Positions 10,028 through 20,044 of a DNA stretch of 48,839 nt are shown here, one piece after another. The stretch covers positions 1 to 48,839 of the forward strand of contig JBBCAV010000115.1 in NCBI GenBank assembly GCA_051382305.1, given 5' to 3'. The notes below the pieces were generated by a model that worked only from the letters and a program-made list of their open reading frames with translations, ran no database searches and was not told the DNA's origin. Both the position numbers and the translations under genes were made by a program. Origin of the DNA: Bdellovibrionota bacterium FG-2. GTDB taxonomy: Bacteria > Bdellovibrionota > UBA1018. Each line of letters starts with the position of its first letter. Within the stretch, counting starts at the first letter, position 1.

Positions 10028-11200
10028 ATGGACGGCACATTATTTCGCAGGGTGGCGTTTTGTCTTTTGAGTTCTGTGGTCGTTTTTTTGGTCGCGCCCG
10101 TCGTGCAGGCGGATGCCCTTTCGCCGCCCCGTTTGATTGAGACGGCTCCCCATCAGCAGCAATGGTTGAGCGAAGACCAACTTCATGGGCTTGCGCTCGC
10201 TCAACACGCGCGCGGACATTGCGGTGGGTTCATGGATGTGACGGACTTTGCAAGCGCCGAAGACGACGAGCTGACGCGGAGTTTGCCCGCTGGAATTTTT
10301 GAGCCTTTGGAGGAATTGAATCCGTCGCGCGCCGCTGTCGTAGAACCGCTCCTAAAAGAGATTTCAGTTTCTGAATTTCTGGGAAGTGTGGAAAAGCTTT
10401 CTTCCTTCAAGAATCGGTTTTACAAATCACAACTCGGTGCGGATTCGGCGCAATGGATTGCCGATCGTTTTAAAACGATGGCCGGCGCCCGCCTGGGTTT
10501 GAATGACGTCACGGTTGAACTCGTAAAACACCCATTTTTGCAGCCCTCTGTGTTGGTCACGCTTCAGGGTAAGGGTGCGCGTAAAGATGAGCACGTCGTT
10601 TTAGGGGGGCATGAGGATTCGGTGAACTGGTCCTCGGGGACCCCGGGCGTAAATGATCGCGCCCCGGGAGCCGATGATAATGCTTCGGGAGTGGCTACGC
10701 TCTTAGAGACTTTTCGGGTGCTGATGCTTTCCGATTATGTTCCTGATCGGACTCTCGTGTTTGTCGCTTATGCGGGTGAGGAGCTTGGATTACTTGGGAG
10801 TCAAGCGGTTGCGAAGCGTTTTAAGAAAGAGGGTAAGACAGTCGCTGGGGTTTTGCAGCTTGATATGACGCTTTTTCCAGGCGGGTCGCATGCCATAGCG
10901 ATGGTTTCGGACAATGTGGATTTGGTGTTGACCCTGTTTACTAAGAAATTAATTGACACCTATGTCAAAGTCCCTTGGCAAGACACGAGTTGTGGATATG
11001 CCTGCAGCGATCATGCGAGTTGGGATAAGCAAGGCTATGCGGCGGCTTTCCCGTTTGAGGCCGCCATGGGCGATGAGAATCCGAATATTCATACGGCGCA
11101 AGACACAATTGAAATTGGCCTAGATGCGGCGTTTGGGTTGCATTTCGTAAAATTGGCTGTCGCGTTTGCAGTCGAGCTTGCCTCGGAGAATTCAAAATGA
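10028..11200 (+). CDS. Secreted M28-family leucyl aminopeptidase
   Basis: CGGFMD propeptide, GGHED, PGADDNASG, GEELGLLGS, LQLDM, CGYACSDHASW, NIHT motifs; GGAGG RBS before ATG 10028. Confidence 0.92.
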   Translation: MDGTLFRRVAFCLLSSVVVFLVAPVVQADALSPPRLIETAPHQQQWLSEDQLHGLALAQHARGHCGGFMDVTDFASAEDDELTRSLPAGIFEPLEELNPSRAAVVEPLLKEISVSEFLGSVEKLSSFKNRFYKSQLGADSAQWIADRFKTMAGARLGLNDVTVELVKHPFLQPSVLVTLQGKGARKDEHVVLGGHEDSVNWSSGTPGVNDRAPGADDNASGVATLLETFRVLMLSDYVPDRTLVFVAYAGEELGLLGSQAVAKRFKKEGKTVAGVLQLDMTLFPGGSHAIAMVSDNVDLVLTLFTKKLIDTYVKVPWQDTSCGYACSDHASWDKQGYAAAFPFEAAMGDENPNIHTAQDTIEIGLDAAFGLHFVKLAVAFAVELASENSK

Positions 11201-12729
11201 CAAAGCGAAGCTACCTGACCACCCCGCTCTATTACGTCAATGCAAGGCCGCATCTGGGTCATTCGTACACGACCATCGTGGCCGATGTCATGAAGCGCTA
11301 TCGTCTTCAGCGCGGCGAAGAGGTAGTTTTCCTTACGGGGACCGATGAGCACGGCGAGAAGATCGAACAAATGGCGAAGACTCAAGGTCGTCCTGTTTCG
11401 GAATTTGTGGACGAGGTGGCCGCAGATTTTCGCGCGACCTGGGAGAAGATGGGAATTAGCTTTGACATTTTCTATCGGACGACTCAACTCGATCACGTGG
11501 CGAAAGTAAAACAAGCGCTACAAACGCTGAAGGACAAAGGCGAGATTGTTTTTCGCGAGTACGAAGGCCTTTATTGTGTGGGGTGCGAACGGTTTCTGAC
11601 GGAAAGCGAATTGACCGATAAAGGGCTTTGTCCGGATCATGAAAAGAAGCCCGAGCCGCGCAAGGAAGCAAACTACTTTTTTTTAATGAGCAAATACCAG
11701 GGCGCCATTCTCTCACATATTGAGAAGCATCCTGAATATATTCAGCCGGAGCATTTTAAAAACGAAATGCTTTCATTTCTTAAGCAACCGCTGGGCGATC
11801 TGTGCATCTCGAGGCCAAAATTTAGGCTTACTTGGGGGATTGAACTTCCCTTCGATGCGAACTATGTCACCTACGTTTGGTTTGATGCGCTCTTGAATTA
11901 TTTGTGTGCGACCGGTTGGCCCTCAAAATTTGATCAAGCCTTGTGGAGTGAGTGCACTCATCTCATCGGCAAGGACATCTTGAAAACTCACGCTATTTAC
12001 TGGACTGCGATGCTTCTCGCACTGGACGTGAAGCCCCCTAAAAATTTACAGGTTGGCGGCTATTGGCTCATGGATGGCAGCAAAATGAGTAAGTCCTTGG
12101 GGAATGTCGTGCGTCCTTTGGAGATTGAAGAGAAGTTTGGACGCGACACGCTCAGATTTTTTCTGTTGCGTGAAATGTCTTATGGACTAGACGCGACTTT
12201 TAGTATCGAGGGCTATGTCAATTGCGTGAACGCTTATCTTGCAAATGGAATGGGCAATCTCGTTTCGCGTGTGCTCACTTTATGCCAGAAGAATTTTAAA
12301 GGAAGCTTTTCCGAGGCGTCGTTGACGGAGGCGGATCACAAGGCCTTGGAGAAGCGCGCGCAAACGCAAAGCGCATGGGACAAGGGTTTTGATGAGCTTA
12401 AGTTTCAAAATTCTTTGAAAGCTTGGTCAGAACTTGTCACTCACGTCGATCTTTACGTGAATGACATGAAACCCTGGGCTTTGGCTAAAGACCCGGCCCA
12501 GGCGGTCAGACTTCAAACAGTTTTAGGGATCTGTCTTCAGCTCATTCAGACGCTGGCAGTTTTGATTTATCCCGTTCTCCCCCATGCATCGCGTGAAACT
12601 CTTCAGGCAATTGGGGTGGCGGGGGATCCCGCAAAGAGGGTTGACCTGGCATTGGAGAACCGATTTGAATATAGGGTTTCTCAAACGGTTCCCAAGCTTT
12701 TCATGCGTGTGCAGGCTCCCAGTGATTGA
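11197..12729 (+). CDS. metG: Methionine--tRNA ligase (short form, no C-terminal tRNA-binding domain)
   Basis: TTPLYYVN, HLGH, GTDEHG, CVGC...CPDH knuckle, YVWFDAL and KMSKS motifs. Confidence 0.97.
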   Translation: MTKRSYLTTPLYYVNARPHLGHSYTTIVADVMKRYRLQRGEEVVFLTGTDEHGEKIEQMAKTQGRPVSEFVDEVAADFRATWEKMGISFDIFYRTTQLDHVAKVKQALQTLKDKGEIVFREYEGLYCVGCERFLTESELTDKGLCPDHEKKPEPRKEANYFFLMSKYQGAILSHIEKHPEYIQPEHFKNEMLSFLKQPLGDLCISRPKFRLTWGIELPFDANYVTYVWFDALLNYLCATGWPSKFDQALWSECTHLIGKDILKTHAIYWTAMLLALDVKPPKNLQVGGYWLMDGSKMSKSLGNVVRPLEIEEKFGRDTLRFFLLREMSYGLDATFSIEGYVNCVNAYLANGMGNLVSRVLTLCQKNFKGSFSEASLTEADHKALEKRAQTQSAWDKGFDELKFQNSLKAWSELVTHVDLYVNDMKPWALAKDPAQAVRLQTVLGICLQLIQTLAVLIYPVLPHASRETLQAIGVAGDPAKRVDLALENRFEYRVSQTVPKLFMRVQAPSD

Positions 12730-13147
12730 GCTTAATACCATTGGCGACATCATGACGAAGCAGGTTTTTACGGTGGGGCCCACGTCTACGGTGCAGGAAA
12801 CCGTGGTCGCGATGGTGGAGGCTCAAGCCGCAGCCGCAGTGGTGTTGGATCCAGAGAGTGGCAAGATTTTGGGGATTTTTACGGAGCGAGATTTGGTTCG
12901 GCGCGTAATTGGAAAGGATCTTGATCCAAAAACCACGCAGATCACCGATGCAATGACTCCTGATCCCGTGTGCTGCAAGCCGAGCGAGGAGATTAAGAAG
13001 GTTGCGATGCTCATGGTGGATCGTAAGTTTCGGAACTTGCCCATCAAAGACGGTAACAATCTTGTCGGAATGGTTTCGGTCTTGGATATGCTAAAGTACT
13101 TGGCGGAGATTTATCAGCATTCCGTTTTTTCGTCCCAATTTATTTAA
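12722..13147 (+). CDS. CBS domain-containing protein
   Basis: IGDIMTK, GIFTERDLVRRV, AMTPDP and LVGMVSVLD form a CBS pair; GTG start overlaps the metG end. Confidence 0.88.
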   Translation: MIELNTIGDIMTKQVFTVGPTSTVQETVVAMVEAQAAAAVVLDPESGKILGIFTERDLVRRVIGKDLDPKTTQITDAMTPDPVCCKPSEEIKKVAMLMVDRKFRNLPIKDGNNLVGMVSVLDMLKYLAEIYQHSVFSSQFI

Positions 13148-13168
13148 AAAAGCGGTAAACTCTCAAGG

Positions 13169-13786
13169 ATGCCTCTTTGGATAATTGCAACGCTGTGGAT
13201 GTCACGCTTGGTCTTAGTCGTCCTGCTTGGACTTTCGATTTGGTCCATTGCGATCATGATTGAGCGGAGGCGAACACTTCGTGATCTTCAGTCCTCGGAT
13301 CCATTTTTGGAGGCACAGGACTTGATTCGATCCCGCAATTGGGAAAAGTTGAGCGATTGGACGAAAGCTCGCACTGGCCTACGCTCCGGCATGATTTCTT
13401 CGGCTTTAGAGGTCATGCAAGGGCCGGACTCCTCTCAGTCCATAGATCGTGCCGCACGAAGCTTTATGAATTCGAAGAAATCAGACCTTGAAAAAGGTCT
13501 TACGACGCTTGCAACTTTGGGTTCCAATGCCCCATTTATTGGCCTTTTTGGCACCGTACTGGGGATTATTCGGGCTTTTGGCGCGCTTTCCAGTTCGCAA
13601 TCAGACGCGACGGCCGTGATGACTGGGATTTCAGAAGCCCTGGTCGCGACGGCCGTGGGGCTGTATGTGGCGATTCCAGCCGTGGTGGCTTATAACGTTT
13701 TCTCGCGCAAGATTCGTTTAATAATCTTGGATTGCGATGCACTCAAGGATTTGTTGATTTCGAGACTTGAGCCGCGGGAGAAATAG
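13169..13786 (+). CDS. exbB: MotA/TolQ/ExbB proton channel family protein
   Basis: LATLGSNAPFIGLFGTVLGII and GISEALVATAVGLYVAIPA motifs. Confidence 0.93.
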   Translation: MPLWIIATLWMSRLVLVVLLGLSIWSIAIMIERRRTLRDLQSSDPFLEAQDLIRSRNWEKLSDWTKARTGLRSGMISSALEVMQGPDSSQSIDRAARSFMNSKKSDLEKGLTTLATLGSNAPFIGLFGTVLGIIRAFGALSSSQSDATAVMTGISEALVATAVGLYVAIPAVVAYNVFSRKIRLIILDCDALKDLLISRLEPREK

Positions 13787-13788
13787 TC

Positions 13789-14214
13789 GTGGCAGGACAA
13801 CTGGATACTTCTGAGGATTCTACCGGAGAAGGCATGACGGCGATCTCGGCCATCAACGTGACCCCTTTTGTGGATGTGATGCTGGTCCTGCTCGTGATCT
13901 TTATCGTCACCACTCCGATGCTGATGAAGGACGTTCTGAGCGTAAAACTCCCGACCTCTACAACCGCAGATATGAAGAGTGTTCAGTCCATCGGTATCGC
14001 AATTACACAGCAGGGGCAGCTGTTGCTTAACGGTGCGATCACGACGCCCGAATCTCTTTCAAGCGAAGTCCGCGCCTCTGTTGCCAAAGATCCGCAAGTT
14101 AAGGTCATCATCGCGGCTGATACCGAGAGTCGTCATGGAGATGTGGTGCGGGTCATTGATCTTGTAAAGACAGCGGGGGCCACGCAGTTTGCCATCCAAA
14201 TCCAGCGCCCTTAA
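13789..14214 (+). CDS. exbD: ExbD/TolR biopolymer transporter
   Basis: INVTPFVDVMLVLLVIF and IAAD...HGDVVRVIDLVKTAG motifs. Confidence 0.93.
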   Translation: MAGQLDTSEDSTGEGMTAISAINVTPFVDVMLVLLVIFIVTTPMLMKDVLSVKLPTSTTADMKSVQSIGIAITQQGQLLLNGAITTPESLSSEVRASVAKDPQVKVIIAADTESRHGDVVRVIDLVKTAGATQFAIQIQRP

Positions 14215-14821
14215 TCCCTGGTTTATTTCGAGTGTGATTCACGGAGTGATTACACTGGGGGTCTTGTTGCTCCTTGTTTATAAACCTCGGGTTGAAACGG
14301 TGTCGATTTCGGTGGTGGAGGCTCCGGTGGTTTCTCCAGCGGCTGTTCCGCAGATTACAAGGCCGAAACCCAAACCTTTGACAAAGCCGAAAGAGCGCGC
14401 CGTATTTGGCACTGCTCGCAAGGCGATTACCGATGATGTGCGAGGGGTGGAGACCAAGCAAGGCAACACGGTTGCCAAAACGCCAGACAACGAAAAACTG
14501 AGGGCCGAGGATAAGGATGCTTTGCCGATCCCGGAGGACGAATACCTTGTGAGCGAGATGCCGAGACTCTTAACGGAGATTCGGATTCCGTATCCGGTTG
14601 AAGCGAAGAAAAGCCAGGTTCAGGGTGCGGTCGTGATGGAACTTTTAATTGATGCGGAGGGGCGCGTGCGAGATGTTGCGTTAATTGAAGGGCCGGGTTT
14701 TGGCCTGAATGAGGCGGCGCTAAATGCGATCAAAGGGTTTAAGTTTAGTCCTGCAAAGATTCAAGGCAAAGGTGTCGCGGTTAAGATTCGCTACGCTTAT
14801 CGGTTTGTTTTAGAGAGGTAG
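14189..14821 (+). CDS. tonB: Energy transducer TonB
   Basis: N-terminal TM with SxxxH, Pro/Lys-rich linker, YPVEA...GAVVMELLIDAEGRV...FKFSPA TonB C-domain. Confidence 0.9.
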   Translation: MPSKSSALNPWFISSVIHGVITLGVLLLLVYKPRVETVSISVVEAPVVSPAAVPQITRPKPKPLTKPKERAVFGTARKAITDDVRGVETKQGNTVAKTPDNEKLRAEDKDALPIPEDEYLVSEMPRLLTEIRIPYPVEAKKSQVQGAVVMELLIDAEGRVRDVALIEGPGFGLNEAALNAIKGFKFSPAKIQGKGVAVKIRYAYRFVLER

Positions 14822-14827
14822 TTTGAG

Positions 14828-17101
14828 ATGACGAAATGGATCGCGGTTATCGGAATGAGTCTGTTTCTAAATCAAGTCGTGTGGGCAGATTCCGGCATAC
14901 GTTTGGAGGGGAGTCTTCTTGAGCGAGGAACGCGAAAGCCGCTTTCAGGTTTTTCGGTCTATATTTTGCCGAGCAAGAAAAAGGTTCAGACCGGCGCTCA
15001 AGGGGAATTTGTTTTCGAAGGGGTACCTCCAGGCGTCTTTCGCTGGGTGGTCAGTGCTTCAGGCTATCGCAGGCTTGAGCAACCCGATCTGCAAACCGAA
15101 GCGCAAGTCGCACTCGGTGAAAATGCACCGCGCGTGCTTTACCTAGAAAAAGAATCCTATCAGGTCTATGAAACCACCATCGTAGGCAAGCAAAAGAAGC
15201 GGGACGATGCTCAACGGACGCTCAAGCGAGAAGAGTTTTTGCAAGCCCCTGGCTCGGGGGGCGATCCGATCAAAGCGGTGCAGAATCTGCCTGGGGTAAA
15301 CCGACCGAGCTCTTTTTCAGCACAAGTTGTGATTCAGGGCTCGGGTCCCCAAGATACGCGGTATCTGCTTGAAGGGCATGAGGTGCCCCTTGTTTTTCAC
15401 TTCGGAGGATTGAGCTCGGTGGTGATTCCTGAGGCGGTGGATCGCGTCGAGACATTGTCTGCGGGATTTGGTCCAGAGTACGGCAGAGCCACTGGCGGCT
15501 TAGTGGGGGTTTGGACCCGGCCTGCTCAAAAGGATCGCATGCATGGCTTGGCCTTCATGGACGTTATTAATGCGGGCGCCTTGGTTGAAGGGCCGATTGG
15601 AAAAGAAAGTTCTTATCTTCTGAGCGTACGAAAAAGTTACATTGGCGCGGTGTTGGGATTGATCGCCAAGGGCAACGAGGATTTTAATCTCACTGTTGCG
15701 CCAGCTTATTCGGATATCACCGCGGTGGTGGACAGCACGCTGACACCCATTGATGAAGGGAAGGTTTCTTTTTTTGGATCTGAGGATGGTTTGGAGTTTT
15801 TACTCAAAGAACCCGTGAGACAGGAACCTTCGCTTCGAGGTGATTTTTCGAGTTCGACGGCCTTCTTTAGGGTGATTCCGCAGCTGACCCATCACCATAG
15901 TGCGATCACGACTTCTCGGTGGTCTTTGGGGCTGGGACGCGATTGGATCAAAGTGGTAAATGGCGAAACCTATTTTAGGTTAGGCGTTTTTACTCTGACT
16001 CCTAAAGGCGAGATTGAGCGCAAGATGAACTCTTTTTGGACGACATTTTTGGGTTTTGATGATCGTTATACTTGGGCCACGGCTAATTTAAGTGCGCCTT
16101 CCTTCTACTCGGCGGGGGGCGTGTCTAACCCCATGTCAGTGGGGACGTCTCGCATTGCGGATGTTTCGGCGCAGACGAGTTCTATTGGAGTTTTTTCTAG
16201 GAACGAAATTAAATTTGAAAACTCCGATTGGACGCTCATGCCCAATGCTCGGGTTGACTATTTTTCAAGCACTCACGAAACACTGGTAGCTCCCCGGCCT
16301 GCGCTTCGTTATGCGCTTTCCGAAAGCCTTTTTTTACGAGGGGCGGGCGGAAGTTATTATCAGCCGCCCCCCGATCAAAACTTGGATCCCAGCGTGGGAA
16401 ACCCGGATCTCAAGGCTTCACGTGCGATACACGTGAGCGTGGGCGGTGAGAAGGATTTTCGAGAGGGCTCATCGCGTGGGTTTGTTTTGGCGTCTGATGG
16501 TTTTTGGAAATACCTCGATCGCCAGATTATTGGGTCGTCCAGGTTGACGACGCGTGAGAAAGTCTTGGTTCCTGAGAATTTTTCGAATGATGGAAAAGGA
16601 CGTGTTTACGGGGTTCAGTCGCAACTCAAGTGGCGTGGGGATCCATGGACGGGAGCGATCATTTACACGCTTTCAAAAAGTACGCGCTGGAATCCTGGTC
16701 AGCCGGAATATCCCTCGTCCTATGATCAAACCCATTTGTTGGGCTTTTTGGGTTCAGTGGAATTTGGGCGCAACTGGAAGTTGTCTTCGCGCTTTCGGTA
16801 TGCGACTGGCAATCCGAAAACCCCGATCGAGGGTGGGATCTTGGATGCCGATAATGACGTGTATGTGCCCGTTCGTGGCCCCTATTTTAGTACGCGGCTC
16901 TCCTCTTTTTATCAATGGGATCTGAGAGTTGATAAAAAGTGGGCCTTTGACAAGTGGATTTTGTCACTCTATTTGGATGTTCAGAACGTCACGAATCGCA
17001 AGAATCCTGAGGCGATTATCTATGCCTATGATTTTTCGCGCTCGGCGACCATTGATGGGCTTCCGATTATACCAACGTTTGGCTTGAAGGGGGAATTCTA
17101 A
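14828..17101 (+). CDS. TonB-dependent receptor with N-terminal carboxypeptidase-regulatory-like domain
   Basis: Signal peptide; plug motifs NLPGV and SAGFGPEYGRATGG; barrel motifs DVQNVTNR and terminal GLKGEF. Confidence 0.9.
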   Translation: MTKWIAVIGMSLFLNQVVWADSGIRLEGSLLERGTRKPLSGFSVYILPSKKKVQTGAQGEFVFEGVPPGVFRWVVSASGYRRLEQPDLQTEAQVALGENAPRVLYLEKESYQVYETTIVGKQKKRDDAQRTLKREEFLQAPGSGGDPIKAVQNLPGVNRPSSFSAQVVIQGSGPQDTRYLLEGHEVPLVFHFGGLSSVVIPEAVDRVETLSAGFGPEYGRATGGLVGVWTRPAQKDRMHGLAFMDVINAGALVEGPIGKESSYLLSVRKSYIGAVLGLIAKGNEDFNLTVAPAYSDITAVVDSTLTPIDEGKVSFFGSEDGLEFLLKEPVRQEPSLRGDFSSSTAFFRVIPQLTHHHSAITTSRWSLGLGRDWIKVVNGETYFRLGVFTLTPKGEIERKMNSFWTTFLGFDDRYTWATANLSAPSFYSAGGVSNPMSVGTSRIADVSAQTSSIGVFSRNEIKFENSDWTLMPNARVDYFSSTHETLVAPRPALRYALSESLFLRGAGGSYYQPPPDQNLDPSVGNPDLKASRAIHVSVGGEKDFREGSSRGFVLASDGFWKYLDRQIIGSSRLTTREKVLVPENFSNDGKGRVYGVQSQLKWRGDPWTGAIIYTLSKSTRWNPGQPEYPSSYDQTHLLGFLGSVEFGRNWKLSSRFRYATGNPKTPIEGGILDADNDVYVPVRGPYFSTRLSSFYQWDLRVDKKWAFDKWILSLYLDVQNVTNRKNPEAIIYAYDFSRSATIDGLPIIPTFGLKGEF

Positions 17102-17937
17102 TGAGAATTCTTTCTATCTTTTGTGCTGCGGCTGTTGGTCTTTTGGGCTGTGCGAAGAATGATCTACCGGATTATAACGTATTGGGCGGCCTGCGCGTGC
17201 TTGCGATGAAGGCGGCGGCCCCTGAGGTTGCACCCGGTGATACGACAACCGTGACTCCTGTCGTGAGTGATATCGCGGGAGCGGGGCGAGAGCTAACCTA
17301 TGTGGCTGTCGGCTGCCCCGATCCTGGCGTGAGTCTAGGTGCCAAACCCAGTTGTCTGGGGAACCCTATGCGGGTCGAACTGGGTGGCGGAAGTTTTACT
17401 CCCACTGCTCCAAGTTTTACTCAGGTTGCACCCGCGTTCACCGTGGCCGTTCCCGTAGCCCTTCTTGAAATGCGATCGACCTTGGATCAGTTTAATGGCG
17501 TGGCCTATCTTATGACTTATGATATTAGCACTTCTTCGGGCGAATCGGTTTCGGCCTATAAGCGACTTATTGTGTCGGATGCTGTTTCTAGGCCGGTGAA
17601 AAACTCCAATCCTACGTTGAGTGGTGTTCTTGCGGGTGGAGGGGGGCTCACGGCATTGCCTGCGGCGAAGACGGCATTGAAGGTCGACGCAGCTCTCACA
17701 TCTGGGGTGGAGTCCTATGATGTGCTTACATCAAGTGGTGGATCAAAAACCCTTCAAGAGACGCTGATTACGACCTGGTTTTTGTCTGATGGCACGGTCA
17801 ATCATTTTAGAACCGTGGGGGCGGATGAGGTGAGTTATACGCCGCCCGAAGTACTGCCTACCGCACACTCGGTTGTGCTTGTGGCGGTGATTCGCGATGG
17901 GCGCGGTGGCGAGGATTATTGGATGGCTAGTTTCTAG
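17101..17937 (+). CDS. Lipoprotein translationally coupled to the TonB-dependent receptor
   Basis: Lipobox LLGC; TAATG stop/start overlap; LRVLAMKA and VAVIRDGRGG motifs. Confidence 0.8.
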   Translation: MRILSIFCAAAVGLLGCAKNDLPDYNVLGGLRVLAMKAAAPEVAPGDTTTVTPVVSDIAGAGRELTYVAVGCPDPGVSLGAKPSCLGNPMRVELGGGSFTPTAPSFTQVAPAFTVAVPVALLEMRSTLDQFNGVAYLMTYDISTSSGESVSAYKRLIVSDAVSRPVKNSNPTLSGVLAGGGGLTALPAAKTALKVDAALTSGVESYDVLTSSGGSKTLQETLITTWFLSDGTVNHFRTVGADEVSYTPPEVLPTAHSVVLVAVIRDGRGGEDYWMASF

Positions 17938-17946
17938 TTTAGGTTT

Positions 17947-19062
17947 TTAGAGCGCCAACTGTGCGATGACTTGATCAGAAAGCGCGAGGCCTTTGGGGGT
18001 CAATCGAATTCGCTCGGAATTAGCGGGATGAATTTCCAGTAAGCCATTAACGGTGAGTGCCTCCGCCTTTGAAATTTGATTCGGGGAGGTAAGCCAGGCG
18101 CGCGGTACCCCAAGATCGAGTCGGAGCCCTAGCATCCATTGCTCTAAGCGCAGTTGCTCGGGTGTCAGGGTTTCACTCCATTCGATGCAGGAGGTTTGGT
18201 TCTGTAAGAGCTCGCAATATTTGTGAAGAGACGAAATATTCTTCCAGCGTTTCTTCGCCTGCGCATCGTAGGAGTGCGCCGAGGGTCCAAGGCCCAAGTA
18301 GGAGCCTCCCGTCCAATACACAAGATTGTGGCGGGCGCGGCGGCCGGGACGCGCAAAGTTTGAAATTTCATAGTGTTCAAATCCTTGTGCCCGCATTTCT
18401 CCATCCACCGCAAGAAGGTGGTTAAGTTGCAGGTCTTCATCGGGAAGGTGTGCAAACATTGGGTGGGTCTTATGAAGGGTGAGGAGATAACAACTCAAGT
18501 GGGTAATTGGGAATTGCGTAAGACGCTTGATCGTCGATCTGATTTCGTCAGGGGTTTGTCCCGGGACTCCGCATAAAAGATCGACCGAGACGTTTTCGAT
18601 ACCGGAGGCGAAGACGGCGTCGAGCGCTTTGAGTGCTGTTTCAGGGGTGTGCACGCGGCCCAATGCTTTGAGCTTTTGCGCGTCGAGGCTTTGAATGCCA
18701 AGACTCAGTCGATTTACGCCGAGAGTGCGGAGTTCTCGCAGGTTCTCGGGTGTGATGGATGAAGGGTTTGCTTCGATCGTAAATTCTGTTTTGTCAGTGA
18801 TCCGTCGTTGAAGTCCCAGCGGCCCTAGCGCTTTCGCGATTGCCTCTGGCGCAATGAGACTGGGCGTTCCACCTCCAAAAAAAATCGTGTTAAGCTCAGG
18901 TGCTAGAAGAGAGGAGACGTTTTGAGATTCCTGAAAAAGCGCATTGAGAAACTTGACTTGGTCTCCGGATTTTGTGTCGGATTTGCCAAGCGAATAGAAG
19001 TCGCAATAGCTGCACTTGCTCTCACAAAAGGGCAAATGAACGTAGAGGGATTGAAAACCCAT
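17947..19062 (-). CDS. hemW: Radical SAM heme chaperone HemW
   Basis: LYVHLPFCESKCSYCDF, FFGGGTPS, EANP, HYEISNFA, HNLVYW and YLGLGPSAHS motifs. Confidence 0.93.
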   Translation of the reverse strand: MGFQSLYVHLPFCESKCSYCDFYSLGKSDTKSGDQVKFLNALFQESQNVSSLLAPELNTIFFGGGTPSLIAPEAIAKALGPLGLQRRITDKTEFTIEANPSSITPENLRELRTLGVNRLSLGIQSLDAQKLKALGRVHTPETALKALDAVFASGIENVSVDLLCGVPGQTPDEIRSTIKRLTQFPITHLSCYLLTLHKTHPMFAHLPDEDLQLNHLLAVDGEMRAQGFEHYEISNFARPGRRARHNLVYWTGGSYLGLGPSAHSYDAQAKKRWKNISSLHKYCELLQNQTSCIEWSETLTPEQLRLEQWMLGLRLDLGVPRAWLTSPNQISKAEALTVNGLLEIHPANSERIRLTPKGLALSDQVIAQLAL

Positions 19063-19069
19063 GTCTAGT

Positions 19070-19924
19070 TTAGAAGAACCCGGGCTTCGCAGCGTCTCGC
19101 GCACGATCTGCGGGACTGCCGGGCGTGATATCCCAGATGTGCCATTCGGGATCGATTTGGTTTCCGTTTAGGACGGTGACCCAACTATCCCAAGTTTGAT
19201 TACTGGAGTTGGGATTCCAGGTCATCAATTTAATGTTGACCAGTTTTCCCGAAGCGTCTTGTACTTCTTCGATTCCGTACACGGCAATGACGTGAGAAAC
19301 GTACAAGAGAAGAGCGGGACGGCCTTGCTTGAGGTCCGCATAAATGGACCGGACTGTCGCGAGATTATGTTTTGACCACTTTTCGTTGTTGTCTTCGGGA
19401 TAAAGGAATTCAGGCAGGAGTGGAAGAATGTCGTGTTGAGCGATTGCAGCGTTGTTGTAAACAGCAAGGCTCTTGAGGGAATGGACGTAGGGTTCGCAGG
19501 CTTTTTTCAGGGACGAAAATCCTGTGATCGTGATTGCTCCTTTTTGGCAGGTGTAGTCGTTGCAACCTTGGGTGTAGAGATTTACGGCGTCTTGAATGCG
19601 GGAGAGAACTGCGCCTTCTGACATTTTTGGACCTTGGGGATCAAAACTGACGTAGCGATGGGTGGCGGCGACGATGCCGGACATTCCTTGGCAGGCGCCC
19701 TTTTTATCCGCGATTTTCCCCAGGGGCCAGGCGACATCAGCAAACCCTGTGTTGTCGAAACACAGGCCGTCTTTTGTGGGATCAAACGGGAGCTCTGTTT
19801 TTATGCGCTTTGAGGCCTCGAGTGCTTCGGAGCGTGAGGGAAGCTGAGAGATTCCCATGCCCAAAATGAGTGCTGCGAGAACTAGGTGAGAGAGAGTTTT
19901 GAAGTACTTCTGTTTGGATTTCAT
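19070..19924 (-). CDS. Secreted hypothetical protein, possible papain-fold cysteine peptidase
   Basis: Signal peptide; GACQGMS, SHVIAVYG and TWNPN in Cys-His-Asn order. Confidence 0.55.
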   Translation of the reverse strand: MKSKQKYFKTLSHLVLAALILGMGISQLPSRSEALEASKRIKTELPFDPTKDGLCFDNTGFADVAWPLGKIADKKGACQGMSGIVAATHRYVSFDPQGPKMSEGAVLSRIQDAVNLYTQGCNDYTCQKGAITITGFSSLKKACEPYVHSLKSLAVYNNAAIAQHDILPLLPEFLYPEDNNEKWSKHNLATVRSIYADLKQGRPALLLYVSHVIAVYGIEEVQDASGKLVNIKLMTWNPNSSNQTWDSWVTVLNGNQIDPEWHIWDITPGSPADRARDAAKPGFF

Positions 19925-20015
19925 ATGGCGCCACCTCGAAGGCAGAAGTGCTTGTATCTTGTTTGATCTATTTTGTCAAGTAATTGGCTTGCCGGGATGG
20001 GATTGCATCTGCGGG

Positions 20016-20044
20016 CACTATCCAAATTCCGGAATTGATGGGAA
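20016..20044. repeat. Left copy of 29-bp imperfect inverted repeat flanking the XRE ORF
   Basis: CACTATCCAAATTCCGGAATTGATGGGAA; its reverse complement matches 20548..20576 at 26/29 positions. Confidence 0.9.
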
